Assembly (NCBI GenBank): GCA_951406725.2
Contig: OX597840.1
Span: forward strand, 19,716,001 to 19,780,000
Direction: 5' to 3'
Length of the DNA stretch: 64,000 nucleotides
Source: Octopus vulgaris
Taxonomy: Eukaryota
Positions 13,849 through 25,731 of this stretch are shown here, in pieces; the stretch's first letter is position 1; each line of letters begins with the position of its first letter. A program made the translations under genes and the position numbers. The notes below the pieces were generated by a model that did no database searches, was not told where the DNA came from, and saw nothing but the letters and a program-made list of their open reading frames with translations.

Positions 13849-13936
13849 GTGCAGCTGAGGATTGTTCTGCATTTAAATTGATGTAATGATTGCATTGTTC
13901 AATTAAATGAAGTCGCTTGAAACGATCGTACTGCAT
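13849..13936 (+). ncRNA. type I hammerhead ribozyme motif
   Basis: Stem I gtgcag/ctgcat; core CTGAGGA (13855-61); long stem II; GAAAC-GATC-GTA with palindromic stem III ACGATCGT. Confidence 0.7.
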
Positions 13937-13968
13937 TACCTCTAGATATCCTTGTTGCTTATTTTGAT

Positions 13969-14113
<145 letters not shown>

Positions 14114-14330
14114 GAAGAAAGAGATTAGAAATATATATATTCTTTAGTCATAACAGAAATGTATGTGTATGCATGTATACACACACGCACACTTATATGC
14201 ATATACATACATAAATGTATACTTATATACATGTATACATCTCTTTATATATGGGTCTGTGTATATATGGTATGCAAATAATTGATTTTGCTGTATTTAA
14301 ACTCCATTCTCTTTATTTTATATATATATA

Positions 14331-14754
14331 CTAGCAGTATCGCCCGGCGTTCCTCGGGTTTGTAAGTGAAATAACTATAAAGCATTTTTAGAGAGTTATA
14401 GCCAAAAAATAGCAAAAAAATGCATTAAAAATGGAGTAAATATGATGGTAAATTTTTTTTTAAATCGTTGACTCATCGTAGACATATTTAGAGAGTTACT
14501 TCCCTTTAAAAAAATATGCATGAAAATGGAAAAAAATGATGGTAAATTATTTTTAAAATCGTAGACTCATCGTAGACGCGCACTAATACCCAGAAGGCCT
14601 CGTAGACGCGCGCTAATACCCAGAAGGACTCGATATGAATCACGACTATAAGGTACCCGGTTTTGGTTAAACTGCACCGCAAAATGTGGGAGTAGTTAGG
14701 AATCTAAATCGAAGGGGACAGACATTCACACAACTACAGTTTTATATATAAAGA
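14331..14754 (-). mobile_element. non-autonomous Helitron-like element
   Basis: Same 3' hairpin+CTAG end and similar 5' TC-tttatatataaa start as the 3917-4699 units, but a different interior. Confidence 0.75.
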
Positions 14755-15069
14755 TAGATATATATATATATATATATATATACATTTACGTGACATGATA
14801 CGGATTAAGATAATCTAATCTGGTAGTACTCATGAAAAAAGCACCTTAGTGTATCTTTCTACAAAACATAGACTATATATTGTACGATTCAAGAGAAAAC
14901 GATAAGGAGTGTATAAAGTCAGAAATGGCAGAAATAGTTTCGTGAATTCTCATTGAACAATAGGACGGTTCTTTGTCATATATACACGCATACATTGTCA
15001 CGGGCACAAAAGAAATATTTTCCTTATGTATAACAAATATTTATGAAGCAATGATCCAAGGTCATATAT

Positions 15070-15145
<76 letters not shown>

Positions 15146-15402
15146 TTATATATATATATACAACAATATTAAGGAATGGCCTTGATAGGCCATTCAACCC
15201 ACTAGAAAGAGCAGCTAAGCCCTTAGAAGGGTAAATGTTTTTATTTTCCTTTGGTTTCTGAATTACAACTATTTAGCGGTTTGAGCTTAGCTGCTCTTTC
15301 TAGTGGGTTGAATGGCCTATCAAGGCCATTCCTTAATATTGTTGAATGTATATTATATAGTCTGTTGACTATTTTTTCTTTCTCACTGGACCGCTGGTGG
15401 CG

Positions 15403-15456
<54 letters not shown>

Positions 15457-15682
15457 ATATATATTAAAGTAATTGTAGGGATAATCCAGTTAAATGTATC
15501 AATATATAAAGTTCACATTGTCTAACTTGCTTATTCCTACATTTACTTCTATTCCCGCTCAAGTTTAAATTTTTGAGCACTACTATGTGTATTCTATACG
15601 GAAAATATCTACGTCTCATCTATCTATCTATCTATCTGTCTGTCTATCTGTCTGTCTATCTATCTATATATATATATATCTA

Positions 15683-15872
15683 GCTCCTTGTGGGTAGTAA
15701 AGAAATAGGTATTTCGTCTGTCTTTACGTTCTGAGTTCAAATTCCGCTGAGGTCGACTTTGCCTTTCATCCTTTCGGGGTTGATAAATTGAGTAGCAGTT
15801 GTGTACTGGGGTCGATCTAATCGACTGGTCCCCTTTCCCAAAATTCGTGCCTGGTGCCTAGAGTAGAAAAGA
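15683..15872 (+). mobile_element. SINE family 2 fragment
   Basis: Matches a unit of the 16611-17533 array. Confidence 0.85.
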
Positions 15873-15941
15873 TTATATAATAAGTTTAATTCCGATATAA
15901 TTCTTTATAATAATAAGAATAAATGTATATTTTATTGTCTT

Positions 15942-15992
<51 letters not shown>

Positions 15993-16610
15993 CAGACAGA
16001 GAGAAACATAGACAGATTGATAGATATTTGTGTGTGTTAGTGTACATGTAGAGAGAGAAGGGAAGAGGTGGAGGAAGATGACGTGCTTATAAGCATACAT
16101 ACATACATACACACATGCATACATACATACATACATACATTCATACATACATACATACATACATACATACATACATTCATACATACATACATATATACAT
16201 ACATACATACACACATACATACATACATACATACATAAATATTGGTTTTATTTATATATGCATATATATTTACAAGACAGCATGTTACTCTTTTGGAGTC
16301 AAAGTACAACACACACACACACACACCCTACACACACAAATACACACAACCAAAACAAGAAACAAAGACCCTAAACACGAGAATAAAATATGGCCGTCTC
16401 CACAAAACACGAATCAAAATGGCTTCCTTTTTTTTCTCTCTCTTTCGCGACGTCTTTTTTTTAATGGCGGGCAACAGCTGGTTCAAGTGAGTCATTTCCC
16501 TTGTTTAGGTTACACAACTTCGAACTGTGCTGCTTCTTTTGTCGCTGCTGTCACCTCAACTGCTGCTACCAGTGCTGCTGCGGCTGCCGGCTGGTTGTCG
16601 TTGGGAACAA

Positions 16611-17533
16611 GGCGGCGAGCTGGTAGGATCGTTAGCGTGCCGGACGAAATGCTTAGCGGTATTTCGCCCGTCGCTACGTTCTGAGTTCAAATTCCGCCGA
16701 GGTCGACTTTGCCTTTCATCCTTTCGGGGTCGATAAATTAAGTACCAGTCACGCACTGGGATCGATATAATCGACTTAATCCGTTTGTCTATCTTTGTTT
16801 GTCCTCTCTGTGTTTAGCCCCTTGTGGGTAGTGAAGAAATAGGTATTTCGTCTGTCGCTTCGTTGCGAGTTCAAATTCCGCCGAGGTCGACTTTGCCTTT
16901 CATCCTTTCGGGGTCAATTAAATAAGTACCAGTTAGGCACTGGGGTCGATATAATCGACTTCATCCGTTTGTCTATCTTTGTTTGTCCCTTCTGTGTTTA
17001 GCCCCTTGTGGGTAGTAAAGAAATAGGTATTTCGTCTGCCGTTACGTTCGGAGTTCAAATTCCGCCGAGGTCGACTTTGCCTTTCATCCTTTCGGGGTCA
17101 ATTAAATAAGTACCAGTTAGGCACTGGGGTCGATATAATCGACTTCATCCGTTTGTCTATCTTTGTTTGTCCCTTCTGTGTTTAGCCCCTTGTGGGTAGT
17201 AAAGAAATAGGTATTTCGTCTGCCGTTACGTTCTGAGTTCAAATTCCGCCGAGGTCGACTTTGCCTTTCATCCTTTCGGGGTCGATAAATTAAGTACCAA
17301 GTTACGCACTGGGGTCGATGTAATCGACTTAATACCTATGTCTGTCCTTGTTTGTCCCCTCTATGTTTAGCCCCTTGTGGGTAATAAAGAAATAAATAGG
17401 TATTTCGTCTGCCGTTATGTTCTGAGTTCAAATTCCGTCGAAGTTGACTTTGCCTTTCATCCTTTCGGGGTCAATTAAATAAGTACCAGTTACGCACTGA
17501 GGTCGATGAAATCGACTTAATCCCTTCCCCCAA
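16611..17533 (+). mobile_element. tRNA-derived SINE family 2 with a ~183-bp body repeated 5x in tandem
   Basis: Head ggcggcgagctggtaggatcgttagc; five repeats of gagttcaaattccgccgaggtcgactttgcctttcatcctttcgggg. Confidence 0.9.
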
Positions 17534-18315
17534 AAGGTATATGAAAAACATTTGGTATATCTTTGTACATCTGGGAAAAAGACGAGGTAGAATATGGATC
17601 CGCAAGACAAGGAAAAGCCATTCCATTCAATGCTTACTACCCCCACCGTCAACAACAACCTCCACAACAGCTGCAGCAACAGCAGCAGCAACAGTAGCAG
17701 CAGCAGTAGCATCTTTCTTTCACATCGATCTCATTGATAATTCTGCATCAAATGAGAAGATTTTTTCTCTCTTTCCGGGATCTGCGCAATCTGTTGCCAC
17801 CAAAATATGTCAACAAAGGAACAAACACTCGACCATCACCGCCGCCGCCACCAGCCGCTCCACTTCCATCACAACCAGCAGCAGCGCCACCACCTCCGCC
17901 GCCGCCGCCACCAGCCGCTCCACTTCCATCACAACCAGCAGCAGCGCCACCACCTCCGCCGCCGCCGCCGCTATCAATAAATGCCGCCACAACCACCACA
18001 ACCACCACCACCACCACCATCATCTCCACCACCGGCGACGCCATCATCACCACCATCGCCACCACCATCATCGCCACCACCACCACCACCATCAGGCCAA
18101 CCATCACCGTCTCCACTGATTCCCCACCCCACCCCAAAAATATGACCAAATTTTACCAAACTCACTCGAAGGCATCAATCTACTTACTACCCCACGGTCG
18201 GAGTAGAAGACACGTTCCCAAGGTGCCGCGTTGTGGAACTGAAACCGAAACCACTTGCCCGCTGATCGAATTCGTTTACTACACACACACACACATACAT
18301 ACATACATACATACA

Positions 18316-18417
<102 letters not shown>

Positions 18418-18579
18418 CACAGTAATCGCTCGCTATGTCGCGGTTTACCTATCGCGCCCTCAGTAAATCGTGGATTTTTCTGGTTGATATATATAAATTT
18501 ATACCGCGGTCCCCTCATTATATCACGACTTTTTGCGGGCGATAGGTATTTATATATATATATGTACATATATATATAC

Positions 18580-18701
<122 letters not shown>

Positions 18702-18959
18702 ATATATGCATATATATGTATATATACATATATGTTACTTATTACTTATTACTTATTATATTATATTTGTTATTCTTTTTGTACTTTTTGGTTAAAAAAA
18801 TAAAAGAAAATTTTTTTATTTAAATTTTAAATTTTATATATATATATTATATTATATTAATTATATTTATATTATTTTTTATTTATGTATTGGTTTATGT
18901 CTATCACTGTTTGGGTTGCCTAATAGTGGTTTTATCTCTAATTCATATTTTATATATAC

Positions 18960-19040
<81 letters not shown>

Positions 19041-19042
19041 CA

Positions 19043-19207
19043 TGACGGGAGCTTCTTTCAGTTTCCGCCTACCAAATCCGCTCACAAGGCATTGGTCAAC
19101 CTTTGGTTACAGTAAAAGACACTTCTTGCCCAAGTTGCCACGCAGTGAAACTGAAACTGAACGCGGAACCATACGGTTGGTAAGCAAACTTCTTACCACA
19201 CAGCCAC
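19043..19207 (-). mobile_element. SINE family 1, diverged head
   Basis: Similarity to the full-length copies. Confidence 0.8.
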
Positions 19208-19654
19208 ATATCTGCATTATTAAGAAGAAGAAGAAGCAAGCTGGGAAGTTTTCGCCCTCGTTGATGGTTTTTTCAGCGAAATATAACCTTCCGCCATCGC
19301 GCGAAAACGTGAATGTCTCATTAATTTATGACTGGAATGAAGTGAAAGAAATTAGCGCCGTTGTTTCGTGTACTGCTAATTAAATGTGTGTTAATTATTA
19401 TTATTACTTCTAATTATCGCCGATCGCTTCCCGCGAACGTTACGACTTTTTGTATAACCGCGTGCATTGCTATGACGACTGGGATGATAATGATGTCGGA
19501 GTGGAGGGGGGAGAAGGTGAAGGAGGAGGAAGAGGAGGAGGAGGGGGTGTCAAATGACAATGACAACGAAGAGAAACGAAAAATAATTATCTTTGTCATA
19601 TTGTGTGTATTTTGATCTCTGCTCATTTCTGAAGATAACGCACTTACGCACACA

Positions 19655-19704
<50 letters not shown>

Positions 19705-19764
19705 AGTCAATTATGGTAATTCCCAACGCACGAAAATCTGGGCCTTTGAGTCATTCTGTTGCGT

Positions 19765-19813
19765 CGCCTTGTGAGTGGATTTGGTAGACGGAAACTGAAA
19801 GAAGCCCGTCGTA

Positions 19814-19845
<32 letters not shown>

Positions 19846-20067
19846 AGTGTGTGTGTATATGTTTGTGTGTCTGTGTTTGTCCCCCTAGCATTGCTTGACA
19901 ACCGATGCTGGTGTGTTTATGTCCCCGTCACTTAGCAGTTCGGCAAAAGAGACCGATAGAATAAGTACTGGGCTTACAAAGAATAAGTCCCGGGGTCAAT
20001 TTGCTCGACTGAAGGCGGTGCTCCAGCATGGCCGCAGTCAAATGACTGAAACAAGTAAAAGAGTAAA
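19765..20067 (+). mobile_element. SINE family 1, 5'-truncated
   Basis: Body plus ggcggtgctccagcatggccgcagtcaaatgactgaaacaagtaaaaga tail. Confidence 0.9.
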
Positions 20068-20314
20068 GAGAGAGAGAGATATCATTCTTATTATGTTAAA
20101 CTGTCGTATGTCCCATTTTTTTTTCAATATTTATTTTAGCTTGCAATAGCCTGTTCTTTTGGTCAAACCATCGTATCTCCAGCTGCTTCAGATGCCAAGA
20201 TATCAAAAGCTGTCAAAGTGTAGTACAATGGTTTTGCTATGGAATGGTGAAACTATTTTTTCGTAATCTGAAAAAGCAATGTTTTGGACTTACGATACTT
20301 TTGCATAATAGCAA

Positions 20315-20493
<179 letters not shown>

Positions 20494-20903
20494 GATTAGC
20501 CATAAGCATAACTGCAAATTTACGCAGTTTGATCTTGTCGACTTTTACCCGTCAATATCTAGGCCTTTGCTTCTAAAAGCGTGAGACTTCGCCAAGCAGT
20601 GCGTCACCATCGATAGCTCGGAAATAGATTTTATCCTGCATACAAGAAAATTTCTTCTTTTTTTACAAGGATTCCACCTGGGTCAAAAAGAGTGGGGATT
20701 CTCTTTTCGTTATACTGTCGGGGGTATATGATGGGGCAGAGTTGTGTATTTTTTTTTTTTCATTTTCATTTTCATCTAGTTTCAGAGCACGAGCTGTGGC
20801 CATGCCGGGGCACCGCCATTAAAGTAATTACATGTATGTAATTGGCATATATGTAACATAACATATTAATTGTAAACGGGGGGGAAATTATAGCCACGTC
20901 GCA

Positions 20904-20967
20904 GCAGACTGAAGAACAACCTTAATCCATTTTCGAACTGTATGTGATTCTCATCAGAGACGTCTGC
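20904..20967 (-). ncRNA. type I hammerhead ribozyme motif
   Basis: gcagac-g-tct-CTGATGA-gaat-cacataca-gttc-GAAA-at-gg-at-TA-agg-ttgttcttca-gtctgc: full core with stems I-III pairable; site UUA. Confidence 0.7.
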
Positions 20968-20993
20968 ACATTCTGACTGTCTCCAAAAAGTTG

Positions 20994-21088
20994 TGCCCCG
21001 GGCGAGGATCGAACTCACGACCATCAGATTGCTCGGTTGTTAGTTTGGGGTTATGACACTGACGTGCTGCCTACTGCGTTACCAAGGC
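20994..21088 (-). tRNA. tRNA-Met(CAT), elongator-type, with 22-nt intron (21030-21051); probably a pseudogene or SINE head
   Basis: GCCTTGG/CCGGGGC-A acceptor; TCAGT-GT-CAT-A-[intron]-A-TCTGA; GTGAG-TTCGATC-CTCGC T-arm; T5 run 4 nt downstream; D-stem mismatches. Confidence 0.8.
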
Positions 21089-21320
21089 AACTGTATGCTT
21101 ATAGGAACTTATATTTTGCATACTCGGCATCTAAAATTCCCTTATATGGAAGAAGGATTATACAAGGATGACGGTCTCATAGTCACCCATAATTTAAATG
21201 GCCTTGAGTTAGATAAACTTAGGAAGAATCTGATTACTTTCTTCCAAAGAATGGGCCTCCGAATTACGATAGAAAGTATCCTTAATAACGTAGATATTTT
21301 TAGATATCTTAGATTTGCAA

Positions 21321-22017
21321 TTAGCAGGTCATCCCATAAGTTCTGTCCGATTTTACCTTTTTTTTTTTAAATTGAATGAAATTTACTAGTATTTTAGAAT
21401 GTCTAATAGAATCAAAAATTATTTTTATGCATTTGTGTACATTTAAACTAATTAAATATTATTTTACAGAATAATAGAATTAAAATTTCTTTGATTAAAA
21501 CCCTTTCTAACATGGAAGTATCCAAAGAGCATTTGAGGCACATAATGCTTTATGAGTACAAAAAAGGAAATTCTGCAGCCGAAGTGACTCAAAACATACA
21601 CTCAGTTTATGGGAAAGAATGCTTGAATGAAAGAACTTGCTGAAGATGGTTTTCAAAATTCAGAAGTGAAGATTTCAGCTTTGAAGATAAAGATTGAACA
21701 GGACGTCCAGTTGAGTTTGCTGATAAGCTCTTTGAGGCATTACTTGAAGAAAATCCTGCATTATCAGTGGAAGAAGTGGCAATAAAGCTTAGTTCAAACC
21801 ATACAACTGTTCATCGTCATCTTCAACAACTTGGAAAGGTTCCTAAACTTGGAAAATGGGTGCTTCAAGAATTGTCTGAAAGCATCCGTAAATCCTGAGT
21901 TGACATCTGCTCTTCTCTCCATTCTCGCGAACTCGTTTCACCCGTTTTGGATAGCCTTGTGACTGGTGACGAAAAATGGATCTTCTATCGAAATGTTAAA
22001 CGTCGTAAAGAGTGGCT
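21321..22017 (+). mobile_element. mariner transposon 5' half (TIR-like end + dead transposase from 21512)
   Basis: MEVSKEHLRHIMLYEYKKGNSAAE...RWFSKFRSEDFSFED..GRP...HLQQLGKVPKLGKWV..EL...[16 protein letters not shown], with in-frame stops. Confidence 0.92.
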
Positions 22018-22112
22018 TGCCCAAGGTGTCACGCAGTGGACTGAACCCGGAGCCATGTGGTTGGGAAGCAAGCTACTTACCACACAGCCAATCTTGATAT
22101 ATACATACATAC

Positions 22113-22187
<75 letters not shown>

Positions 22188-22194
22188 ATAAATT

Positions 22195-22407
22195 ACTAAA
22201 TAAAATAAAACATATGCATATATACATACATATATGTACGTACCTACCTCTACATGTATATATACATGCATATATGGGTACAGGACAACAAAAAACGTCG
22301 AACACAATGAGAAACGAAAACATAAACACAAAACCAAGGAAATGGACATTTTTCTTAAACAACGAAAAAATAGTGTACAGGACATACAAAACAAGGAAAA
22401 TTCCCCA
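22195..22407 (-). mobile_element. TA-embedded family D fragment
   Basis: Homologous to 41620-41830 (+) and 57065-57345 (-). Confidence 0.7.
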
Positions 22408-22439
22408 TATATATATGTATACATATATGCATATATATA

Positions 22440-22532
<93 letters not shown>

Positions 22533-22654
22533 TATATACATATGCATATATATAGAGAGAGAGATACATATGTGTGTGTGTGTGTGTATATATATGCTAG
22601 TTTGTGTATGTATATGTATATATCAAGAACATCACTGTTACTCTGGCTATCTCA

Positions 22655-22706
22655 ATCATCATCATCATCATATCATCATCATCATCATCATCACCACTCA
22701 TCGTCG

Positions 22707-22738
<32 letters not shown>

Positions 22739-22798
22739 GTCATCATCATCATCATCATCATCACATCATCGTCATCATCATCATCATCGTCATCATCG
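22655..22798. repeat. (CAT)n microsatellite
   Basis: Direct observation. Confidence 0.95.
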
Positions 22799-23226
22799 TA
22801 TTTCACATCGATCCCATTGGTAAATTAAGTGTCAGACATAGAAGAAGCAACAGCGGACCGGAGAATGCGTGCGCCCAGCAATCTGTTGCCACCCGGGTAT
22901 GGGGGAGAGGCAGAGGGTTTAGGAGACTGACGGGGTGGAGGCGAGCGGTGGTGAGGAAAGGGGTAGGGGGCGGATGGAAATAGAGGCGGCGCCGCTTCCT
23001 TTTTTTTTTTTTATATATGTACGAGATCCAATGTGTTGCTACCCCTAACCCCTTTGTTAAATGGCCTCAACAGTTCCACCGTCGCATGCGACCTGGAACG
23101 ACCCTTGCACACAGGCACACACACACACACACCACCACCACCACTGTCATCACATTTAGGAATACTACTTCACAACCACCATCTATACACAAAACCCCAA
23201 AGACACATTACAAACATACAGCTATG

Positions 23227-23260
<34 letters not shown>

Positions 23261-23267
23261 CATATAT

Positions 23268-23429
23268 ACGACGGGCTTCTTTCAGTTTCCGTCTACCAAA
23301 TCCACTCACAAGGCTTTGGTCGGCCCGAGGCTATAGTAGAAGACACTTGCCCAAGAGGCCACGCAGTGGGACTGAACCCGGAACTATGTGGCTGGTAAGC
23401 AAGCTACTTACCACACAGCCCCTCCTACG

Positions 23430-23431
<2 letters not shown>
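23268..23431 (-). mobile_element. SINE family 1 head (left arm of a large palindrome)
   Basis: Inverted twin of 23763-23926. Confidence 0.9.
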
Positions 23432-23483
<52 letters not shown>

Positions 23484-23485
<2 letters not shown>

Positions 23486-23707
23486 GGAGTAAACACATAA
23501 ATGTGAAACAAGGTGGAAAAAGAGTACTCAAATACCAGTGGTAGAGTAATATACTTTATTTAAAGCAGCAGAAAATTCAACAAAACCTGTTACTCAGAGT
23601 AACAGATTTTGTTGCATTTTCTGCTGCTTAAAATAAAGCATATTACTCTACCACTGGTATTTGAGTACTCTTTTTTCCACCTTGTTTTACATTTATGTGT
23701 TTACTCC

Positions 23708-23709
<2 letters not shown>
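23484..23709. repeat. family A fold-back palindrome centred at 23596
   Basis: ~112-bp arms ccggagtaaacac...gttactc-A-gagtaac...gtgtttactccgg. Confidence 0.92.
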
Positions 23710-23762
<53 letters not shown>

Positions 23763-23764
<2 letters not shown>

Positions 23765-23934
23765 CGTAGGAGGGGCTGTGTGGTAAGTAGCTTGTTTACC
23801 AACCACATGGTTCCGGGTTCAGTCCCACTGCGTGGCCTCTTGGGCAAGTGTCTTCTACTATAGCCTCGGGCCGACCAAAGCCTTGTGAGTGGATTTGGTA
23901 GACGGAAACTGAAAGAAGCCCGTCGTATATATGC

Positions 23935-23968
<34 letters not shown>

Positions 23969-24183
23969 ATGTTTGTGTGTTTGTGTTTGTCCCCCTAGCA
24001 TTGCTTGACAACCGATGCTGGTGTGTTTACGTGCCCGTCACTTAGCGGTTCGGCAAAAGAGACCGATAGAATAAGTACTGGGCTTACAAAGAATAAGTCC
24101 CGGGGTCGATTTGCTCGACTACAGGCGGTGCTCCAGCATGGCCGCAGTCAAATGACTGAAACAAGTAAAAGAGTAAAAGAGTA
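23763..24183 (+). mobile_element. SINE family 1, full length
   Basis: Box A/B head, internal (TA)(TG) tract, and tail. Confidence 0.92.
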
Positions 24184-24205
24184 TATATATACACACACAC
24201 ACGTA

Positions 24206-24246
<41 letters not shown>

Positions 24247-24629
24247 GGGCTTCTTTCAGTTTCCGTCTACCAAATCCACTCACAAGGCTTTGGTCGACCC
24301 GTTGCTATAGTGGAAGACACTTGCCCATATACTTATATATATAAATATATACACATATATATACACACATATATATATGTATACATATATGTATTTTTAA
24401 CTGTATATATACGTTTGTATGAACTGTATATATGTACGTACGTGTGTATATTCATATGTATGAAAGCGTGCATGCATGTACGTATGTGTGTGTGTGTGTG
24501 TGTACGTATATTCGTATATGTATGTTATATACATCGAGGAAATTCCCTCCAAGGAGGGGAGTCACAGGTAATTAGATCATTAGACATCATTATACATATC
24601 ATTATATATATATGTGTATATATATATAG

Positions 24630-24664
<35 letters not shown>

Positions 24665-24774
24665 CATAAATGTGTGTGTGAGCATATATGACTGAATATG
24701 TAATTACATATAATTACATATGTATGTAGCTATAATAAATCATTACACACACACACTCACACACAAATACATAG

Positions 24775-24814
<40 letters not shown>

Positions 24815-25124
24815 AGTGATGATGTGTCGGAGGGTTTTGGCACAGTCGTCCGTCCGTTCATCAGGGAAGTTCGTGTCGTACGTCGGATGGATGGATGGGT
24901 GCACGAGGGCCGTCGAGCGTACGTTGGCCATTTTGAGCGTTATGGGCATGCGTGTGCGTGCGTGCATGTACATGTGTTAGCGCGCGCGCGCGTGTGCGTG
25001 TGTGTGTGTGTACGTGCACGGGTACGTGGTTAATGTAAGCAGGCATCATTGGGGATATTTATGATTATAGTATAGAATAAAATGGAGTAGATGGATGGAT
25101 GGATGAATAGCATTGTTCTTGTTG

Positions 25125-25699
25125 TTGATGATGATGATGATGAGGAAGAGGAGGAGGACGACGACAATGGTAAGGACGATGGAGAGGCGGTGGTGGAGTG
25201 AGGTATGTGGGGGGGGCTGCTTGTAGTGGTTGTCGAGATGGTGTTGTGGTTGTAGATGACACGGTGATGAGAACGAACACGATGAGGACAACGAAAAGGA
25301 TAACGACGATGATGATGATAATGGTTATAATGACGACGACGATGATGATGATGATGGTGATGATGATGGTGATGATGATGGTGATGATGATGATGAGGGG
25401 AGGAGGGCAAGAGGAGGAAGAGGAGGAGGAGGTGACGAAGAAAGTAGAAAAACGTGGGGGAGGTGCGGTGGTTGCGGTGGTTCCAGTGGGATGGTTGTGA
25501 TGATGATGATTGTGGTGTTGGTGGTGGTGCGGCTGGGGCTACAAGTGGCGACGATGAAAACGACGACGATTAAGAAGATGTCAGTGATGGGTGATGAGGA
25601 CGACGACGTTGATGATGATGATGATGAGGAGGAGGAGGAGGAAGAAGAAGAAGAAGAAGAAGAACAACAACAACAACAACAACAAGAAGAGAAGAAGAA

Positions 25700-25731
<32 letters not shown>

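Larger units (their letters stand above)
20748..21091 (-). mobile_element. composite retroposon: pre-tRNA-Met head + hammerhead + SINE/LINE-type tail + poly(A)
   Basis: Cleanly splits the PLE reading frame; possible TGTA target duplication; poly(T) at the left end on +; tail homologous to the family 1 SINE tail. Confidence 0.75.
20500..21305 (+). pseudogene. Penelope-like element reverse transcriptase fragment, interrupted at 20748-21091
   Basis: Manual translation: [15 protein letters not shown]...WVKKSGDSLF...GVYDGAELC | MLIGTYIL...GLYKDDGLIV...LDKLRKNLITFFQRMGLRITIE. This matches PLE RT motifs (FDxxxFYPSI, GSYDGAExC, GLYRDDGL); it has a stop and a frameshift. Confidence 0.85.

Noticed and set aside
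16611-17533. Regularly spaced repeats resembling a CRISPR array
   Set aside because: Whole ~183-bp units are repeated with no unique spacers, there are no cas genes, and the sequence is a eukaryotic SINE.
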